NCBI GenBank assembly: GCA_038245295.1
Contig: JBBRSP010000015.1
Location: forward strand, 32,001 to 96,000
Length of the DNA stretch: 64,000 nucleotides
Reading direction: 5' to 3'
Source of the DNA: Candidatus Binatia bacterium
GTDB taxonomy: Bacteria > Desulfobacterota > Binatia > HRBIN30
The position numbers and the translations under genes are program-made. Of this stretch, positions 1 through 10,356 are shown one piece after another (positions within the stretch are counted from its first letter, which is position 1; every line of letters begins with the position of its first letter). The notes beneath the pieces were generated by a model that made no database searches, was not told where the DNA came from, and worked only from the letters and a program-made list of their open reading frames with translations.

Positions 1-69
1 GCGCGCTGCTCTATTCCGAACGTCAACGGAGGCCATACCGAGTCACGCGACGCACAGCGACGTCTGGCC

Positions 70-3060
70 TCACGGCTCATCCATTTCAGAACGGCCGGCG
101 CGTTGCCGGTACCACAGAGCCGCTTGGCAAACTTCAGCCGTCGTATCGGCGCTCAGGGCGTCGAGCTGCGATGCGTCGATCGGCACCATGAGACCGGCAG
201 CCACCCAAGCGGCGCCGGCGCGTATATCGCTGACTTTCGAGCGCAGCAGTGCCGGCAGCGCGGCGGCGACGGGTTCGGGCGTGGTTTCGGCAATGCGCGT
301 TAGCAACGCCCAGGGCACGCGGGTATCGATATCCCCGAGGTCGCCGATCGGCTCGACAAATTTGGCCCCCTCACCGAGCTCCACCAGACTTGCCGCCGCC
401 GAAACCCCAAGATCGTCGACATCCGTCGGGTCGCCCACCAGGCGCGCCAGAAATGGGATGGCTGCCCGCGCGTCGCTGAGACCGGCGGCACGCACCGCGA
501 ATGAACGCAACGCCAGGACTTCCCATGGATTGTCCATCCAGCGGATCAAATCGCCGACGTGATCGTGCAATTCAGCCCACTCCGGCTCCGGTGTCGGGGC
601 CCACCAGAACGATTCGACGGTACTCTTCGAGGCGATGTTGAAGAGCACACCGGCATAGCTGGCACGGTCAGCCGGCAGCGACCCTTCGATCGCTTTGACA
701 AGCGACGGCATGGCGCGCGCGTCGGCCAACTCGGAACCAACCCGGAGGAACAACTCGCGTGTTGACGCCGGCAGCGTCGTATCGGTGGCCAGGGCAGCCA
801 ACACGCTGGCGCCGAGGCGACTGCGACTCTGTCGCACGGCATGGGCAACCTTGTGCTGGGCGCGCGGCGGCAGGCCGCGAATGGCGTCGGCCAGGACACC
901 AAACTCGAGGCGCTTGACGCGCGACAACGCCGTCTCGGCAAGCCGCCCGGAGGCGCCGGCGTGGGTGCGCAGCTCGTCGCGCCAGAACTTCATATCCGCG
1001 AGCATCTCCGAGCGACCGCGGCCGGGTCCGGCGGCGGCCGTCGCATTCCCGTGTCGCAAGACATCGAACTGCCCGATGCGCCGCTCGATGGCATAGTGAC
1101 TGGTCACCCAGCGTCGCAGGTTGAAGTAGTAGACGGGAGCCTGCGCAAAGAACAATGCGTGCGCATGCAGTGCCACGATGTACTCGGGGGGCTTGGCCTG
1201 TAGCGCTTCAATGACTTCGGCCTCGACTTCATGGCCCGGCCAGCCGGGGTAGAAGTAGCCGTGACGCGTCGGGTTGGGGCGATCGGCGAGGAAGCACAGG
1301 ATATCGAGGACCGGGAACGTGAAGACACGCGCCCCAGCCGGCGACTCTTCTCGCAGAAAGCGCGTCGTCGCACGCACCCCGCGGAACAGCTTGGAAGCGC
1401 CGGCCTCGATGGCCACGGTCGCCCGCTCGTCATCGAGCCAGATCATCCCGCTGCTGTCGCCGCTGTGCCACACGCGGATCATGTCAAAAGCACGCTTGAT
1501 CGCCGATTTCTGCATGATCGCGATCGGCACGACGAGAGCGACGAGGGCAAGACTCGCCACCAAGCGTCGCGCCCCCGGTGTCGCCGACATGCCGCGTGTC
1601 CACGATCGCAACAAGCCATCCAACAGCCAAGCCCCCAAGATCAACAAGCCAGGGCTCGCCGGGACCAGGTGCATGAAATCGGTGCGCGGATAGATCTGCG
1701 TGTGCATCAAGATCGCCGACAGTAGCGTGCACAGAATCAATCCCGGTTGATATTGGCGCACGCCAGGCGCGCTGTGACCGGCATAGTCGGTGAGCGGCCG
1801 CTGGCGTCGCACACCCGCCACCCATACGGCGATGGCCGACCACATGACTGCCAGGGCCAGAGCAAACGAGACATCGCGCAGGCGCGAGGTGACTGCGGGA
1901 GACAGGCCTTCGATCATCGGTGGAGGCAGGAAGCGCAACACCGCCAAGCCCAGGCCAACGCCCACCAGCAAACCGGCAGCGATCCAACCGGCCGGTAGCC
2001 AGCGCTTACGCATCATCCAGCCGACAACCGCCGCCGCGATGAAGGCGGTCGCCAGGAGGATCCCCCACGTCCCAAGCGGTGGATACGCGATGAAATAGAA
2101 GCGCTCGAAGTCGGCGCCGATGAACAAAATGGCACGCAAGAAGCCGCGCGGGCCAAGACGTGTCCAGTAGTACCCCACCCACCACGCATTGGCCGCGGCG
2201 AACCCAAGCACCACAAGCAGCCCGTCGAGCACGACATCGGTGGGCGGACGCGGTCGTACGCCAGGCATCGACCATAGGCCGCGCGCCACGATGACAACCA
2301 CCAGGGGAGCGGCAAACAGCACGAAACCACGCACGCCCGCACCACCGCCGAACATCGCCGAAAGCCCGGCGACGATGGCGGCGATGCCGAGCCAGCGCAG
2401 CCACCAGACAACGGCCGCCATACGACTCGGGCGCAATGGATCAGCGGCGGCGCTGGTTGCCGTCACCGCCAGAGCGAGAAAGATCGCCGCCAGGTTCAGC
2501 AAGCCACTGTTCGGCTTGAAGGCAAATGACAACCCGGCCAGCACCCCGGCGGCCAGCCACCAGGCGCGGCTGCCACCGCGCCACCAGCGCCCAACCGCCA
2601 GAATGCTCGCGAGCCAGAAGACCGTGATGTACCAGTATGGGTAAGGGATGTTCGCTGGGAAGAACTGCCCCTCGTAAAACGGGATCATGGCGACGCTGAC
2701 AAACGCCGCGAACAGGGCGCTGGCGCGACGCACGCCGATTTGTCGAGCCGAGACATAGATGAGCAGCGCTGCCACCGCGTTGAACGCGGCAAGCACGACC
2801 CGCAGCCAAAGGATGTTTACCCCAAAGAGGCGAAACACTTCGACGTTCAGGAGAAAGACGCCGGGCGTGTAGCCGGCGTGAAAATCAACGTAGAGCGTCT
2901 GGCCCTGGTAGGCGCGATAGATCTGGTAGATCAGCGTCCCTTCGTCATCGAGATTGAACCCATAGGGAGCAAGCGCCAGGAAGTAGGCGAACGCCAACAC
3001 AAGCACCACAACACCGCACAAGCGGTTTAGCCAAACACGACTCATCGAAGCCCTTCTCAT
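70..3060 (-). CDS. GT-C fold (ArnT/PMT-like) polytopic membrane glycosyltransferase with C-terminal HEAT-like repeats
   Basis: 996 aa; N-terminal TM followed by acidic loop motif FNLDDEG; about 12-14 hydrophobic segments; LSFAFKPN motif; soluble C-terminal ~330 aa with HEAT-like helices (AIPFLARLVGD, LPALLRSKVSDIRAGAAW, DTTAEVCQAALW). Start may be the Met at 3045. Confidence 0.7.
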   Translation of the reverse strand: MRRASMSRVWLNRLCGVVVLVLAFAYFLALAPYGFNLDDEGTLIYQIYRAYQGQTLYVDFHAGYTPGVFLLNVEVFRLFGVNILWLRVVLAAFNAVAALLIYVSARQIGVRRASALFAAFVSVAMIPFYEGQFFPANIPYPYWYITVFWLASILAVGRWWRGGSRAWWLAAGVLAGLSFAFKPNSGLLNLAAIFLALAVTATSAAADPLRPSRMAAVVWWLRWLGIAAIVAGLSAMFGGGAGVRGFVLFAAPLVVVIVARGLWSMPGVRPRPPTDVVLDGLLVVLGFAAANAWWVGYYWTRLGPRGFLRAILFIGADFERFYFIAYPPLGTWGILLATAFIAAAVVGWMMRKRWLPAGWIAAGLLVGVGLGLAVLRFLPPPMIEGLSPAVTSRLRDVSFALALAVMWSAIAVWVAGVRRQRPLTDYAGHSAPGVRQYQPGLILCTLLSAILMHTQIYPRTDFMHLVPASPGLLILGAWLLDGLLRSWTRGMSATPGARRLVASLALVALVVPIAIMQKSAIKRAFDMIRVWHSGDSSGMIWLDDERATVAIEAGASKLFRGVRATTRFLREESPAGARVFTFPVLDILCFLADRPNPTRHGYFYPGWPGHEVEAEVIEALQAKPPEYIVALHAHALFFAQAPVYYFNLRRWVTSHYAIERRIGQFDVLRHGNATAAAGPGRGRSEMLADMKFWRDELRTHAGASGRLAETALSRVKRLEFGVLADAIRGLPPRAQHKVAHAVRQSRSRLGASVLAALATDTTLPASTRELFLRVGSELADARAMPSLVKAIEGSLPADRASYAGVLFNIASKSTVESFWWAPTPEPEWAELHDHVGDLIRWMDNPWEVLALRSFAVRAAGLSDARAAIPFLARLVGDPTDVDDLGVSAAASLVELGEGAKFVEPIGDLGDIDTRVPWALLTRIAETTPEPVAAALPALLRSKVSDIRAGAAWVAAGLMVPIDASQLDALSADTTAEVCQAALWYRQRAGRSEMDEP

Positions 3061-3075
3061 GATGACCGGGCCTTC

Positions 3076-5622
3076 CTACCGCGACGAGCCCTCCTCTGCC
3101 ACCGCGACCGACACTTCCTCGGGCGCGAGGCATTTTTGCGCTCGCAGCCTCTGCGCCCATTCAGCAGCGCTGCGAACTCGCGGATCGGGATCGCTCAGCA
3201 GGCGCGCGACAAATTTCTCGACACCGCGAACACCCGTAGCGGCGAGCACCATCGCTACGGCGCGCATCTCGGCGCGGTCGCTGGCGGCGATCTCCTCGAT
3301 GCAGGCGCTAGCGTGGTCACCGCACAGGTCGGTTAAGCGACGACGCAATACCAGTGGCGCCAGGGGTGAACCGGCTGCCATCTGCGACGCCAACTCGCGA
3401 AACACTTCCTGTGGATCGTCGCTGCGAAACCACTCCGCCGCCACCGCCAGCCGCACCAACGGTTGCGGATCGCGCCAGGCGATCTGTGCGGCGTCGCGGC
3501 GCTCTTCCGCACCGCTGTGCCGCATGCCGATCAGCCAGGCGGCAAAGACTCGCAGTCGCACGTCGGGCTCGTTCTGCCAGGCTACCGCCGTGTCGATGAG
3601 CGACGGACTCGGGACTGCCGTCGCGCTGGAGATCGGCCCGCGCAGCAGTTGCCGCAACGCGATATTGAACAGGGCGCTGCGAAATTCTTCGTTCTCGCGG
3701 CCGGCCGCCGGCAACGGGTAGGTCGCCAGCCGCCAGGCGGCGCGGTAGTCGCCGCGTTCACCGATGACGCGCAGAAACGTCAGGCGACGCCGACCGACGG
3801 CCGCATTCCACGTCTCGACCAGGGGTAGTACTTCGGATGGCCGACCAACGGCGCGAATCTCCTCGACATCGGTCAACTCGGGTACAGGTTCAGGAAGAAA
3901 CGTAGCCGCCTGCCCGGCCCCAGCGGCCCGACGTTGCAGGAGAACATTTTCGCCGAACCGCTGGGCCGTTTGGTAACGCGTCTCGAGAAACTGGCGCAGC
4001 AACAGGAAATAGGCCGGCGCATCGGCGAAGAACAAAGGCGGCGGATCGGCGACGACGGCAAGTGGCGGTGGTTGTTGGCACAGTGCCGCCACCACCTCGG
4101 CCTCGACTTGGTGATCCGGCCAGCCCGGATAGAAATAGCCGATGCGCGTCGGCACCGCGCGGGCGCTCAGGAAGGCGACGAGATCCAGGTCGGGAAAGGT
4201 GACGAGGCGGTGCGAGTCGGGATCGAGCTCGTCGAGGCGCCGCACCAGCGACACCAGATCGCGCAGCGGGCGGCCGAAGCCGTCCTGTCTGGCCAGCACA
4301 GGGGCTCGCTTCAGCGTGAGGCGTTCCAGACCCGGCTGGCCGGCAAGATACCGCAGCACCTGCGCCACCACCGCCGCTTGCGGCAGCGCGACGAGCCCGA
4401 GCCCAAGGATCGCCGCGGCGCCACACACCCAGCTGGGCGCCACGAACCGCCACAGCAACGCCGCCGCGAGAACCCAGACGAGCGGCGCCGAGTAGCTCAA
4501 GTGGAAGTAGTCGCTTCGCGGGTAGACACCCAACAGGAGCAAGAGTGCTGCCGAGAACACGAACCAATGGCGCTGCTGCTGGGCGCGTACCAGCGGCTCG
4601 GCGTCAGCTCGTCGGCGTTCCAGCAGCAGCACGAAGGTCAGGACGAGGGCGGCAAGCACGACCGCAAAGGCAATCTCTTCGGCACGCAAACGTACGGCGA
4701 CGACGAAACCGTCCGGCATCGGTGCCGCGACCGCAACAACCAATACGCCGACCACCGTGGCGCACAGCCCCGCCGGCGCGAGCCACGAAACGCGACGACC
4801 GAAGCGTGCCCAAATCAGCCCGCCGATCAGCAGCGACGACGTGGTGGCGAGCTGAACGCGGTAGGGGATGTAGAACAACTGCTCGAAGCCGGCGCCGACG
4901 AACAGCACGTCGCGCAGCAGCCGCGACCAGCCGAGCAACCACCACTCGCGCAGGACCACAGGCAGTACGACCAATACAAAGCCGGCAGCTACAACCAGCA
5001 GCGAGCGCAGTAGGGACCAAGACGGGCCAACCACGACGACGATCGAGAGCGCCACGGCAATTAGATTGAACGCCCCCGTGTTCGGCTTGAAGGCGAAGCT
5101 CAGCGCACACAAAGCGCCGACCACCACGAGCCAGCGCCGCCGTTGGTCGACACGCCATCGATCGAGCAGAAGGAGCCCGGTGAGCCAGAAGAGGAGCGTA
5201 TACCAACACGGATACGGAACGTTGAAACTACACGACGTGGTGGTGACGACCGGCAGCATCACCACGTAGGCGACGGCTCCGGCAACGGCACCGGAGCGTG
5301 GCATCAACCAGCGACCGATCACGAAGAGAAGCGCCGTATTGGTGGCGTTGACTACCGCCAGGACCCAGCGGATGGACAGGAGATCCGTGCCGAGCCAGCG
5401 CAGAATCGCCGCATGCCAATAGAAGTAGGCCGCACCGTAACCGGAAATGAAATCGAGATGGGGGATTTCACCGCGACGGGTGCGGTCAAACAGGTAGAGC
5501 GTGCCGCCATCCTCCCCGACGTTGAGACCGAACGGTGCTTGCAAGCCGAACCACACGGCCGCCATCAGCAGCACGACGGACGCCGCCCCCCAATCGGATC
5601 GTTGTGACTCGGCCGTCGACAT
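3076..5622 (-). CDS. GT-C fold membrane glycosyltransferase with HEAT-like tail, paralog of 70..3060
   Basis: 848 aa; shares NxPYPxWY, LSFAFKPNxG, YPRxD(F/Y) and PTRxGYFYPGWPxHxVEAEV with the neighbour; HEAT-like motifs EPDVRLRVFAAW, DPQPLVRLAVA, LLSDPDPRVRSAAEWA. Confidence 0.7.
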   Translation of the reverse strand: MSTAESQRSDWGAASVVLLMAAVWFGLQAPFGLNVGEDGGTLYLFDRTRRGEIPHLDFISGYGAAYFYWHAAILRWLGTDLLSIRWVLAVVNATNTALLFVIGRWLMPRSGAVAGAVAYVVMLPVVTTTSCSFNVPYPCWYTLLFWLTGLLLLDRWRVDQRRRWLVVVGALCALSFAFKPNTGAFNLIAVALSIVVVVGPSWSLLRSLLVVAAGFVLVVLPVVLREWWLLGWSRLLRDVLFVGAGFEQLFYIPYRVQLATTSSLLIGGLIWARFGRRVSWLAPAGLCATVVGVLVVAVAAPMPDGFVVAVRLRAEEIAFAVVLAALVLTFVLLLERRRADAEPLVRAQQQRHWFVFSAALLLLLGVYPRSDYFHLSYSAPLVWVLAAALLWRFVAPSWVCGAAAILGLGLVALPQAAVVAQVLRYLAGQPGLERLTLKRAPVLARQDGFGRPLRDLVSLVRRLDELDPDSHRLVTFPDLDLVAFLSARAVPTRIGYFYPGWPDHQVEAEVVAALCQQPPPLAVVADPPPLFFADAPAYFLLLRQFLETRYQTAQRFGENVLLQRRAAGAGQAATFLPEPVPELTDVEEIRAVGRPSEVLPLVETWNAAVGRRRLTFLRVIGERGDYRAAWRLATYPLPAAGRENEEFRSALFNIALRQLLRGPISSATAVPSPSLIDTAVAWQNEPDVRLRVFAAWLIGMRHSGAEERRDAAQIAWRDPQPLVRLAVAAEWFRSDDPQEVFRELASQMAAGSPLAPLVLRRRLTDLCGDHASACIEEIAASDRAEMRAVAMVLAATGVRGVEKFVARLLSDPDPRVRSAAEWAQRLRAQKCLAPEEVSVAVAEEGSSR

Positions 5623-5626
5623 CGCG

Positions 5627-6799
5627 CTAGTGACGATCGGCCAGCAGCCGATGGCTGGTCAGGGTCTGAGCGAGATCGGAAATTCGCGTGCGGCGGTCAA
5701 CGACGGCCTCGACGACGGCCAATACATCGGCGGCCGATTGACGCCAGGAGAACCGTTGCGCCCAAGCAAAGGCGCCGCGACCGAGGTTGTCGCGGTAAGG
5801 CGCATCGGTCAATACACGCCGCAACGCGGTCGTCAGCGCGTCGACATCACCGTATGGCACGAGAAGACCGGTCTCGCCGTCGCGCACCGCATCGCGCAAT
5901 CCGGGAACGTCGCTGGCCACGGCGGGTAAACCACAGGCATTGGCCTCTAGAACGGTCAGCCCCCAGCCTTCCTTCTCCGAGACGTTGGCGACGACATGGG
6001 CACGTTGGATTGCCGCGACCTTTTGCGCGTCGGAAACGAAGCCGGCGAACGTCACACTCGACTCGATCCGCAAATCGGCGGCCATCTGCTCCAAGGACTT
6101 GCGGGCGCCGCCGTCGCCGACAACAACGACGCGCAACGACGGCAATTGTGGCAACAGGCGCTGAGCTGCCTGCAGCACCAGATCGATGCGCTTGTAGAAT
6201 TCGACTCGCCCGAGCACGAGGATCGTCGGGTTGGGGTCGGCGACGCGTCCGCGGGCATTGTAGAGCTCATGGTTCAAGCCATTGGGAACCATGACGATCG
6301 AGTCGACGGGAATGCCACGCGCCACCAGATCGTCACGCGTACTGGGCGACACAGCGATGAACGGACGGCCGCGATAGGCAACCGGAATGAGTTTCTCGGC
6401 GGCCCAGACAGCGGCGGCGATCGGCGCCGCCACCTGCTGGAACGCCGTGCCTCCGAAGAGGTGATGCGTCAACAAGATGACCGGGGCGCCGCTGTACCAC
6501 GGAGTAAAGAACGGAATCTTGTTGAGATGCTCGATGATCACAGTGCCGGGGACGCGCAACTCGCGACGCACGGCAAACGGCAACTGCAGGTAATAGGTCA
6601 GGCGGTTGCCGAAACGTCGCACCCGCAGTCCGTCCTGGTCTTCCTGCGCGGCGGCGCCGGGAAAACGCGTGCACAGTAACGTCGGCGCGTACCCGGCCGC
6701 GACGAATTGACGCGCCATCTCGGCAATGTGGAGCTCGGCGCCGCCGGCCCACGGGTGGCGGATGTCGCGCTCGTTGAGAATCAGGAGCTTGCGCCCCAC
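5627..6799 (-). CDS. Glycosyltransferase family 4 (GT-B)
   Basis: N-terminal HPWAGGAE; EGWGLTVLEANACG (ExxxxxxxE) and VASDVPGLRDAV motifs; GTG start. Confidence 0.9.
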   Translation of the reverse strand: MGRKLLILNERDIRHPWAGGAELHIAEMARQFVAAGYAPTLLCTRFPGAAAQEDQDGLRVRRFGNRLTYYLQLPFAVRRELRVPGTVIIEHLNKIPFFTPWYSGAPVILLTHHLFGGTAFQQVAAPIAAAVWAAEKLIPVAYRGRPFIAVSPSTRDDLVARGIPVDSIVMVPNGLNHELYNARGRVADPNPTILVLGRVEFYKRIDLVLQAAQRLLPQLPSLRVVVVGDGGARKSLEQMAADLRIESSVTFAGFVSDAQKVAAIQRAHVVANVSEKEGWGLTVLEANACGLPAVASDVPGLRDAVRDGETGLLVPYGDVDALTTALRRVLTDAPYRDNLGRGAFAWAQRFSWRQSAADVLAVVEAVVDRRTRISDLAQTLTSHRLLADRH

Positions 6800-6803
6800 G
6801 GCT

Positions 6804-7535
6804 CTATAGCCTGCCCGTGAGATCCATCAGGCGCAGCCACCAGACGATCCACAACGCCTCACCGGCAATGCGCTTGTTCATCTTGGAATCACCGACGGTA
6901 CGATCCATGAAAATGATCGGTGTCTCGCTGAACTTGGCACCATGGCGCCAGGCGCGATAGCTCATTTCAATTTGGAAGGCGTATCCGTTGGAACGCACGC
7001 GCTCGAGTTGGATGCGTTCGAGGATCTCGCGGCGCCAGCACTTGAAGCCACCGGTCATATCCGAAACCGGCAGGCGGGTGACCTTGCGAGCGTACCAATT
7101 GCCAAAGTAGCTCAGCAGCAACCGTTCGATCGGCCAGTTCACCACCGTGATCCCGTTCAAATAGCGCGAGCCGAGGACGACATCGCAGCTCTCGATCTGG
7201 CGTACGAAGTCGACCACCTTCTCGACGGGGTGAGAGAAGTCGGCATCCATTTGGACGATGTATTTGGCGCCAAGTCGCAAGGCTTCGGTAAAGCCGCTGA
7301 TGTAGGCTGGTCCGATCCCCTGTTTCTGCGGTCGACGCAACAAGTGGATACGAGGCTCTGTCGCGGCCATGGCGGCGACGACCTCGTCAGTTCGATCGGG
7401 AGAGTTGTCGTCGACGACGAGTACCCCGAGGTCGAGGCCGAGGCCGAGCAAGGCCGGAAGCATCTGCCGGATATTGTCGCGTTCGTTGTAGGTGGGAATG
7501 ACGACGAGCGTCGCCGGGCAGGCTTGCTCAACCAT
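6804..7535 (-). CDS. Polyprenol monophosphomannose synthase-like GT2 (DPM1/Ppm1 family)
   Basis: VIPTYNERDNI, VVDDNSPD, QMDADFSH, GGFKCWRR, SNGYAFQIE; start taken at MVEQAC (7535), overlapping the upstream stop. Confidence 0.88.
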   Translation of the reverse strand: MVEQACPATLVVIPTYNERDNIRQMLPALLGLGLDLGVLVVDDNSPDRTDEVVAAMAATEPRIHLLRRPQKQGIGPAYISGFTEALRLGAKYIVQMDADFSHPVEKVVDFVRQIESCDVVLGSRYLNGITVVNWPIERLLLSYFGNWYARKVTRLPVSDMTGGFKCWRREILERIQLERVRSNGYAFQIEMSYRAWRHGAKFSETPIIFMDRTVGDSKMNKRIAGEALWIVWWLRLMDLTGRL

Positions 7536-8394
7536 GCTTCGCCCAGGGCGAACCAAGGAGGTCGCGCATCCGCTCCAAACCATGCCGCGCGCTACAGAGC
7601 GCGGCAACACGCCGGCTCTTGAGACCACCGCGCAAGGGTCGCGGCGCGCGCTGATTTAGCTCGGCGGTAGTGCGCGACTCGACGAGATCGGGGTCGAACC
7701 CGAAGACATCGGCAATCAAGCGGCCGAACGCGAAGCGATCCAGATAGTCGGCACCGCTCAAATGCAAAATCCCCCGCGTGCCTTGGTTGATATGGCGGCG
7801 CACTGCCGCGGCCATATCATTCGACCAGGTGGGCGTGCCCCATTGATCGATCGGGACACGCGTAGGCTCGCCGCGGCGCGCCCGCGCCAGGGTCGCCATG
7901 ACAAAGTTTTTGCCGGCGGATTCGACACCGAAGACGCCGCACAGACGAACCACCAGAGATCTCTCATTCGACGTCAGGACAGCCGACTCGGCTTCGAGCT
8001 TGTGGACACCATATACGTTGAGCGGATGGGTTGGCGCGTCCTCATCGTACGGTCCAGCAGCACCGTCAAAAACGTAGTCCGTGGAAAAGAATACGATGGA
8101 CGCGCCAATCTGTTGCGCGGCGCGCGCGACGATGGTTGGACCATCAACGTTCGCCGAGCATGATTCCGCCTCGTGATCCTCGCACCAGTCGACATGGGGT
8201 AATGCCGCCGGCACCAAAACTACATCGGGACGGGTTTGTTCCAAACATCGCGCTACCGCGGTGGCGTCGCGCATATCCAACGCGAGCAAGCCAGGAGCCG
8301 GATGGCCAAACGAGGTTCCCTGGCCTTCGGTGCCGAACTCTTCGAGCAAGGCTGAGCCGACGAACCCCGAAGCGCCGATAACCAGAGCGCGCAT
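7528..8394 (-). CDS. dTDP-4-dehydrorhamnose reductase-like SDR (RmlD/RfbD family)
   Basis: GASGFVG, STDYVFDG, YGVHK (YxxxK), DQWGTPT, APRP. Confidence 0.82.
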   Translation of the reverse strand: MRALVIGASGFVGSALLEEFGTEGQGTSFGHPAPGLLALDMRDATAVARCLEQTRPDVVLVPAALPHVDWCEDHEAESCSANVDGPTIVARAAQQIGASIVFFSTDYVFDGAAGPYDEDAPTHPLNVYGVHKLEAESAVLTSNERSLVVRLCGVFGVESAGKNFVMATLARARRGEPTRVPIDQWGTPTWSNDMAAAVRRHINQGTRGILHLSGADYLDRFAFGRLIADVFGFDPDLVESRTTAELNQRAPRPLRGGLKSRRVAALCSARHGLERMRDLLGSPWAKHG

Positions 8395-8410
8395 TTGTCA
8401 GCTACCTACC

Positions 8411-9256
8411 TCAGCCGACACCGGCGAGGCTGACCGCTTCCGGCCTGCCAATGTCGAATCGCTGTGAGCGTCGGATACCGCGCCGATGCAGCCAGTATTC
8501 GCCCATCGTCCCCAAGACCTGGAAGCCGTACTTCCAGATGTTCACGTAACATGGCTCCGGTCCGTAGTGTGTTGGGATGGTACGCTCGACGACGCGTAGA
8601 TTGGCGATCTTGAACTGTACCAGGATCTGCGAATCAAAATGATAGTCGTCGGAGCAGCGTTGGAACGGCACCTGGCGCAGCGCCCGGCAGGAGAACAGGC
8701 GATAGCCGGAGTGATACTCCGAGAGGTTCCAACCCAGAACCCAGTTTTCAACCGTCGTGAGCACCAGGTTCCCCACGTAACGGTGCAACGGCATGCCTCC
8801 GGCACGCGGGTCACCGGTAATGCGCGAACCGAAGACCATGTCGGCCTCGCCGCTCAGCAGCGGCTCGATCAGTTGCGGCATCGATTCGGGAGCATACTGT
8901 CCATCGCCGTGCAGCATGACCACGTGATCGTAGCCTTGTTCGCAACAATGTTTATAGGCAAGTTTCTGGCTGGCGCCGTAGCCGCGGTTCGTCGGCTGCG
9001 TCAGGATGCGCAAACGATCGTAGTGATGTTCGGCGGCCCACTGTCGAGCCGCATCGGCCGTGCCGTCGGTGCTACCGTCATCGACGACAATCACCTCGAC
9101 CGCACTATCCAGGATCGGCTGTGGAATGCGACTCAGGGTTGGCGCGATATACGGCGCGAGATTGTATGCCGGGACATAAATCGCCAGCTTCACGCCTTGC
9201 AGCTGCTTGGCAATGCTCGATGCGCTAACTTCCACATTCAACCTCGATCGCACCAT
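8411..9256 (-). CDS. Glycosyltransferase family 2 (DPM-like)
   Basis: VPAYN, VVDDGSTDGT, NRGYGASQK, MLHGDGQYAPE, LSEYHSGYR; start shortened to avoid overlap with the upstream gene. Confidence 0.85.
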   Translation of the reverse strand: MVRSRLNVEVSASSIAKQLQGVKLAIYVPAYNLAPYIAPTLSRIPQPILDSAVEVIVVDDGSTDGTADAARQWAAEHHYDRLRILTQPTNRGYGASQKLAYKHCCEQGYDHVVMLHGDGQYAPESMPQLIEPLLSGEADMVFGSRITGDPRAGGMPLHRYVGNLVLTTVENWVLGWNLSEYHSGYRLFSCRALRQVPFQRCSDDYHFDSQILVQFKIANLRVVERTIPTHYGPEPCYVNIWKYGFQVLGTMGEYWLHRRGIRRSQRFDIGRPEAVSLAGVG

Positions 9257-9261
9257 CGATC

Positions 9262-10356
9262 TCACACGGCGGAACGGCGGCGGACCACCCCGACGACCCC
9301 GGCTGTGTCGGGAATCTCGGAAAGCACCGACCGCCGGCCGCCAAGAACCGTTTCCGCCTCTTGCAGGATGCGCAGCCAGCGTAGGTTCTCGTAACGCGGG
9401 TGTAACAAGTCCTCGCGCTTCCAATCACGCAGGCGGGTGACCAGATCGCGCACCGCCTCCTCAACGGAGACAACCGCGCGAAAGCCGAGGACACGCTCAA
9501 TCTTGCCCGTCGATACCCGGTAACTGCGAACGCCGCGATAGGCGTAGTCGGCATTGATCTCAACGGGAACATTCATCTCGCGCAACACACTGGCGACGCG
9601 CAGCGCGAGCTCGGAAATGCGAATATTGCGCTCCGCGACGTTGAAGATCTGACCATGGATCTGCGCTTCGTCGGCGGTGACGCACGCCAGGTACGCGCGC
9701 GCTGCGTCACGAATGTCGAGGATCGGTCTCCACATTTCGCCACCACAAAAGATGGTGATGCGTCCGGTGGTCAGCGCGTCGCGCACGAAGGTGTTGACCA
9801 CAAGGTCGAAGCGCATACGGGCCGAGTAGCCGAAGATGGTTCCCTTGCGCAGGATCACCGGACAAAAGTCGGCGCCAGCCATCTCCAGCAACTGCTTCTC
9901 CGCGTCGTGCTTTGAGGTCGCGTAGGCGGCACGCGGCTGGACCTCGGAGGCTTCGTCGTAAACCAGGTCGCTGGCGTCGTCGTTGGTGCCGCGATCGTAG
10001 ATCGAACAGGACGACGCAAATACGTAGCGTCGCACGCCGGCGGCGCGGGCCAATTCCGCCAGCCGGATCGTCGCCACCGTGTTCAGCTCGTAATTGGCGG
10101 CCGGGTCATACTCGGCTGTGGGATCGTTGGAGAGTCCGCCAACGTTGATCACGGTATCGACGCCGGCGAAGTGGACCGGGTCGACGCGGCGCATGTCACA
10201 GTGAACCAACTCGATGCGGTCGCGAATGGCGCGCAGGCCCTCTTCGCCGAACAGCATACGGTCGAGGACGCGCACGGCGTAGCCGCGCTCGAGCAATTCC
10301 TGGTTGAGGAGTGCCCCAACGTAACCGGCACCGCCAACCACCAAGACCGTGTGCAT
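9262..10356 (-). CDS. NAD-dependent nucleotide-sugar epimerase/dehydratase (extended SDR)
   Basis: GGAGYVG, SNDP, ASSCSIY, YATSK, RMRFDLVVN. Confidence 0.85.
   Translation of the reverse strand: MHTVLVVGGAGYVGALLNQELLERGYAVRVLDRMLFGEEGLRAIRDRIELVHCDMRRVDPVHFAGVDTVINVGGLSNDPTAEYDPAANYELNTVATIRLAELARAAGVRRYVFASSCSIYDRGTNDDASDLVYDEASEVQPRAAYATSKHDAEKQLLEMAGADFCPVILRKGTIFGYSARMRFDLVVNTFVRDALTTGRITIFCGGEMWRPILDIRDAARAYLACVTADEAQIHGQIFNVAERNIRISELALRVASVLREMNVPVEINADYAYRGVRSYRVSTGKIERVLGFRAVVSVEEAVRDLVTRLRDWKREDLLHPRYENLRWLRILQEAETVLGGRRSVLSEIPDTAGVVGVVRRRSAV

Noticed and set aside
1..80. Possible start of the next minus-strand gene of the glycosylation operon
   Set aside because: Two candidate ATGs (80 and 36) are open to the edge but too short to support a call.
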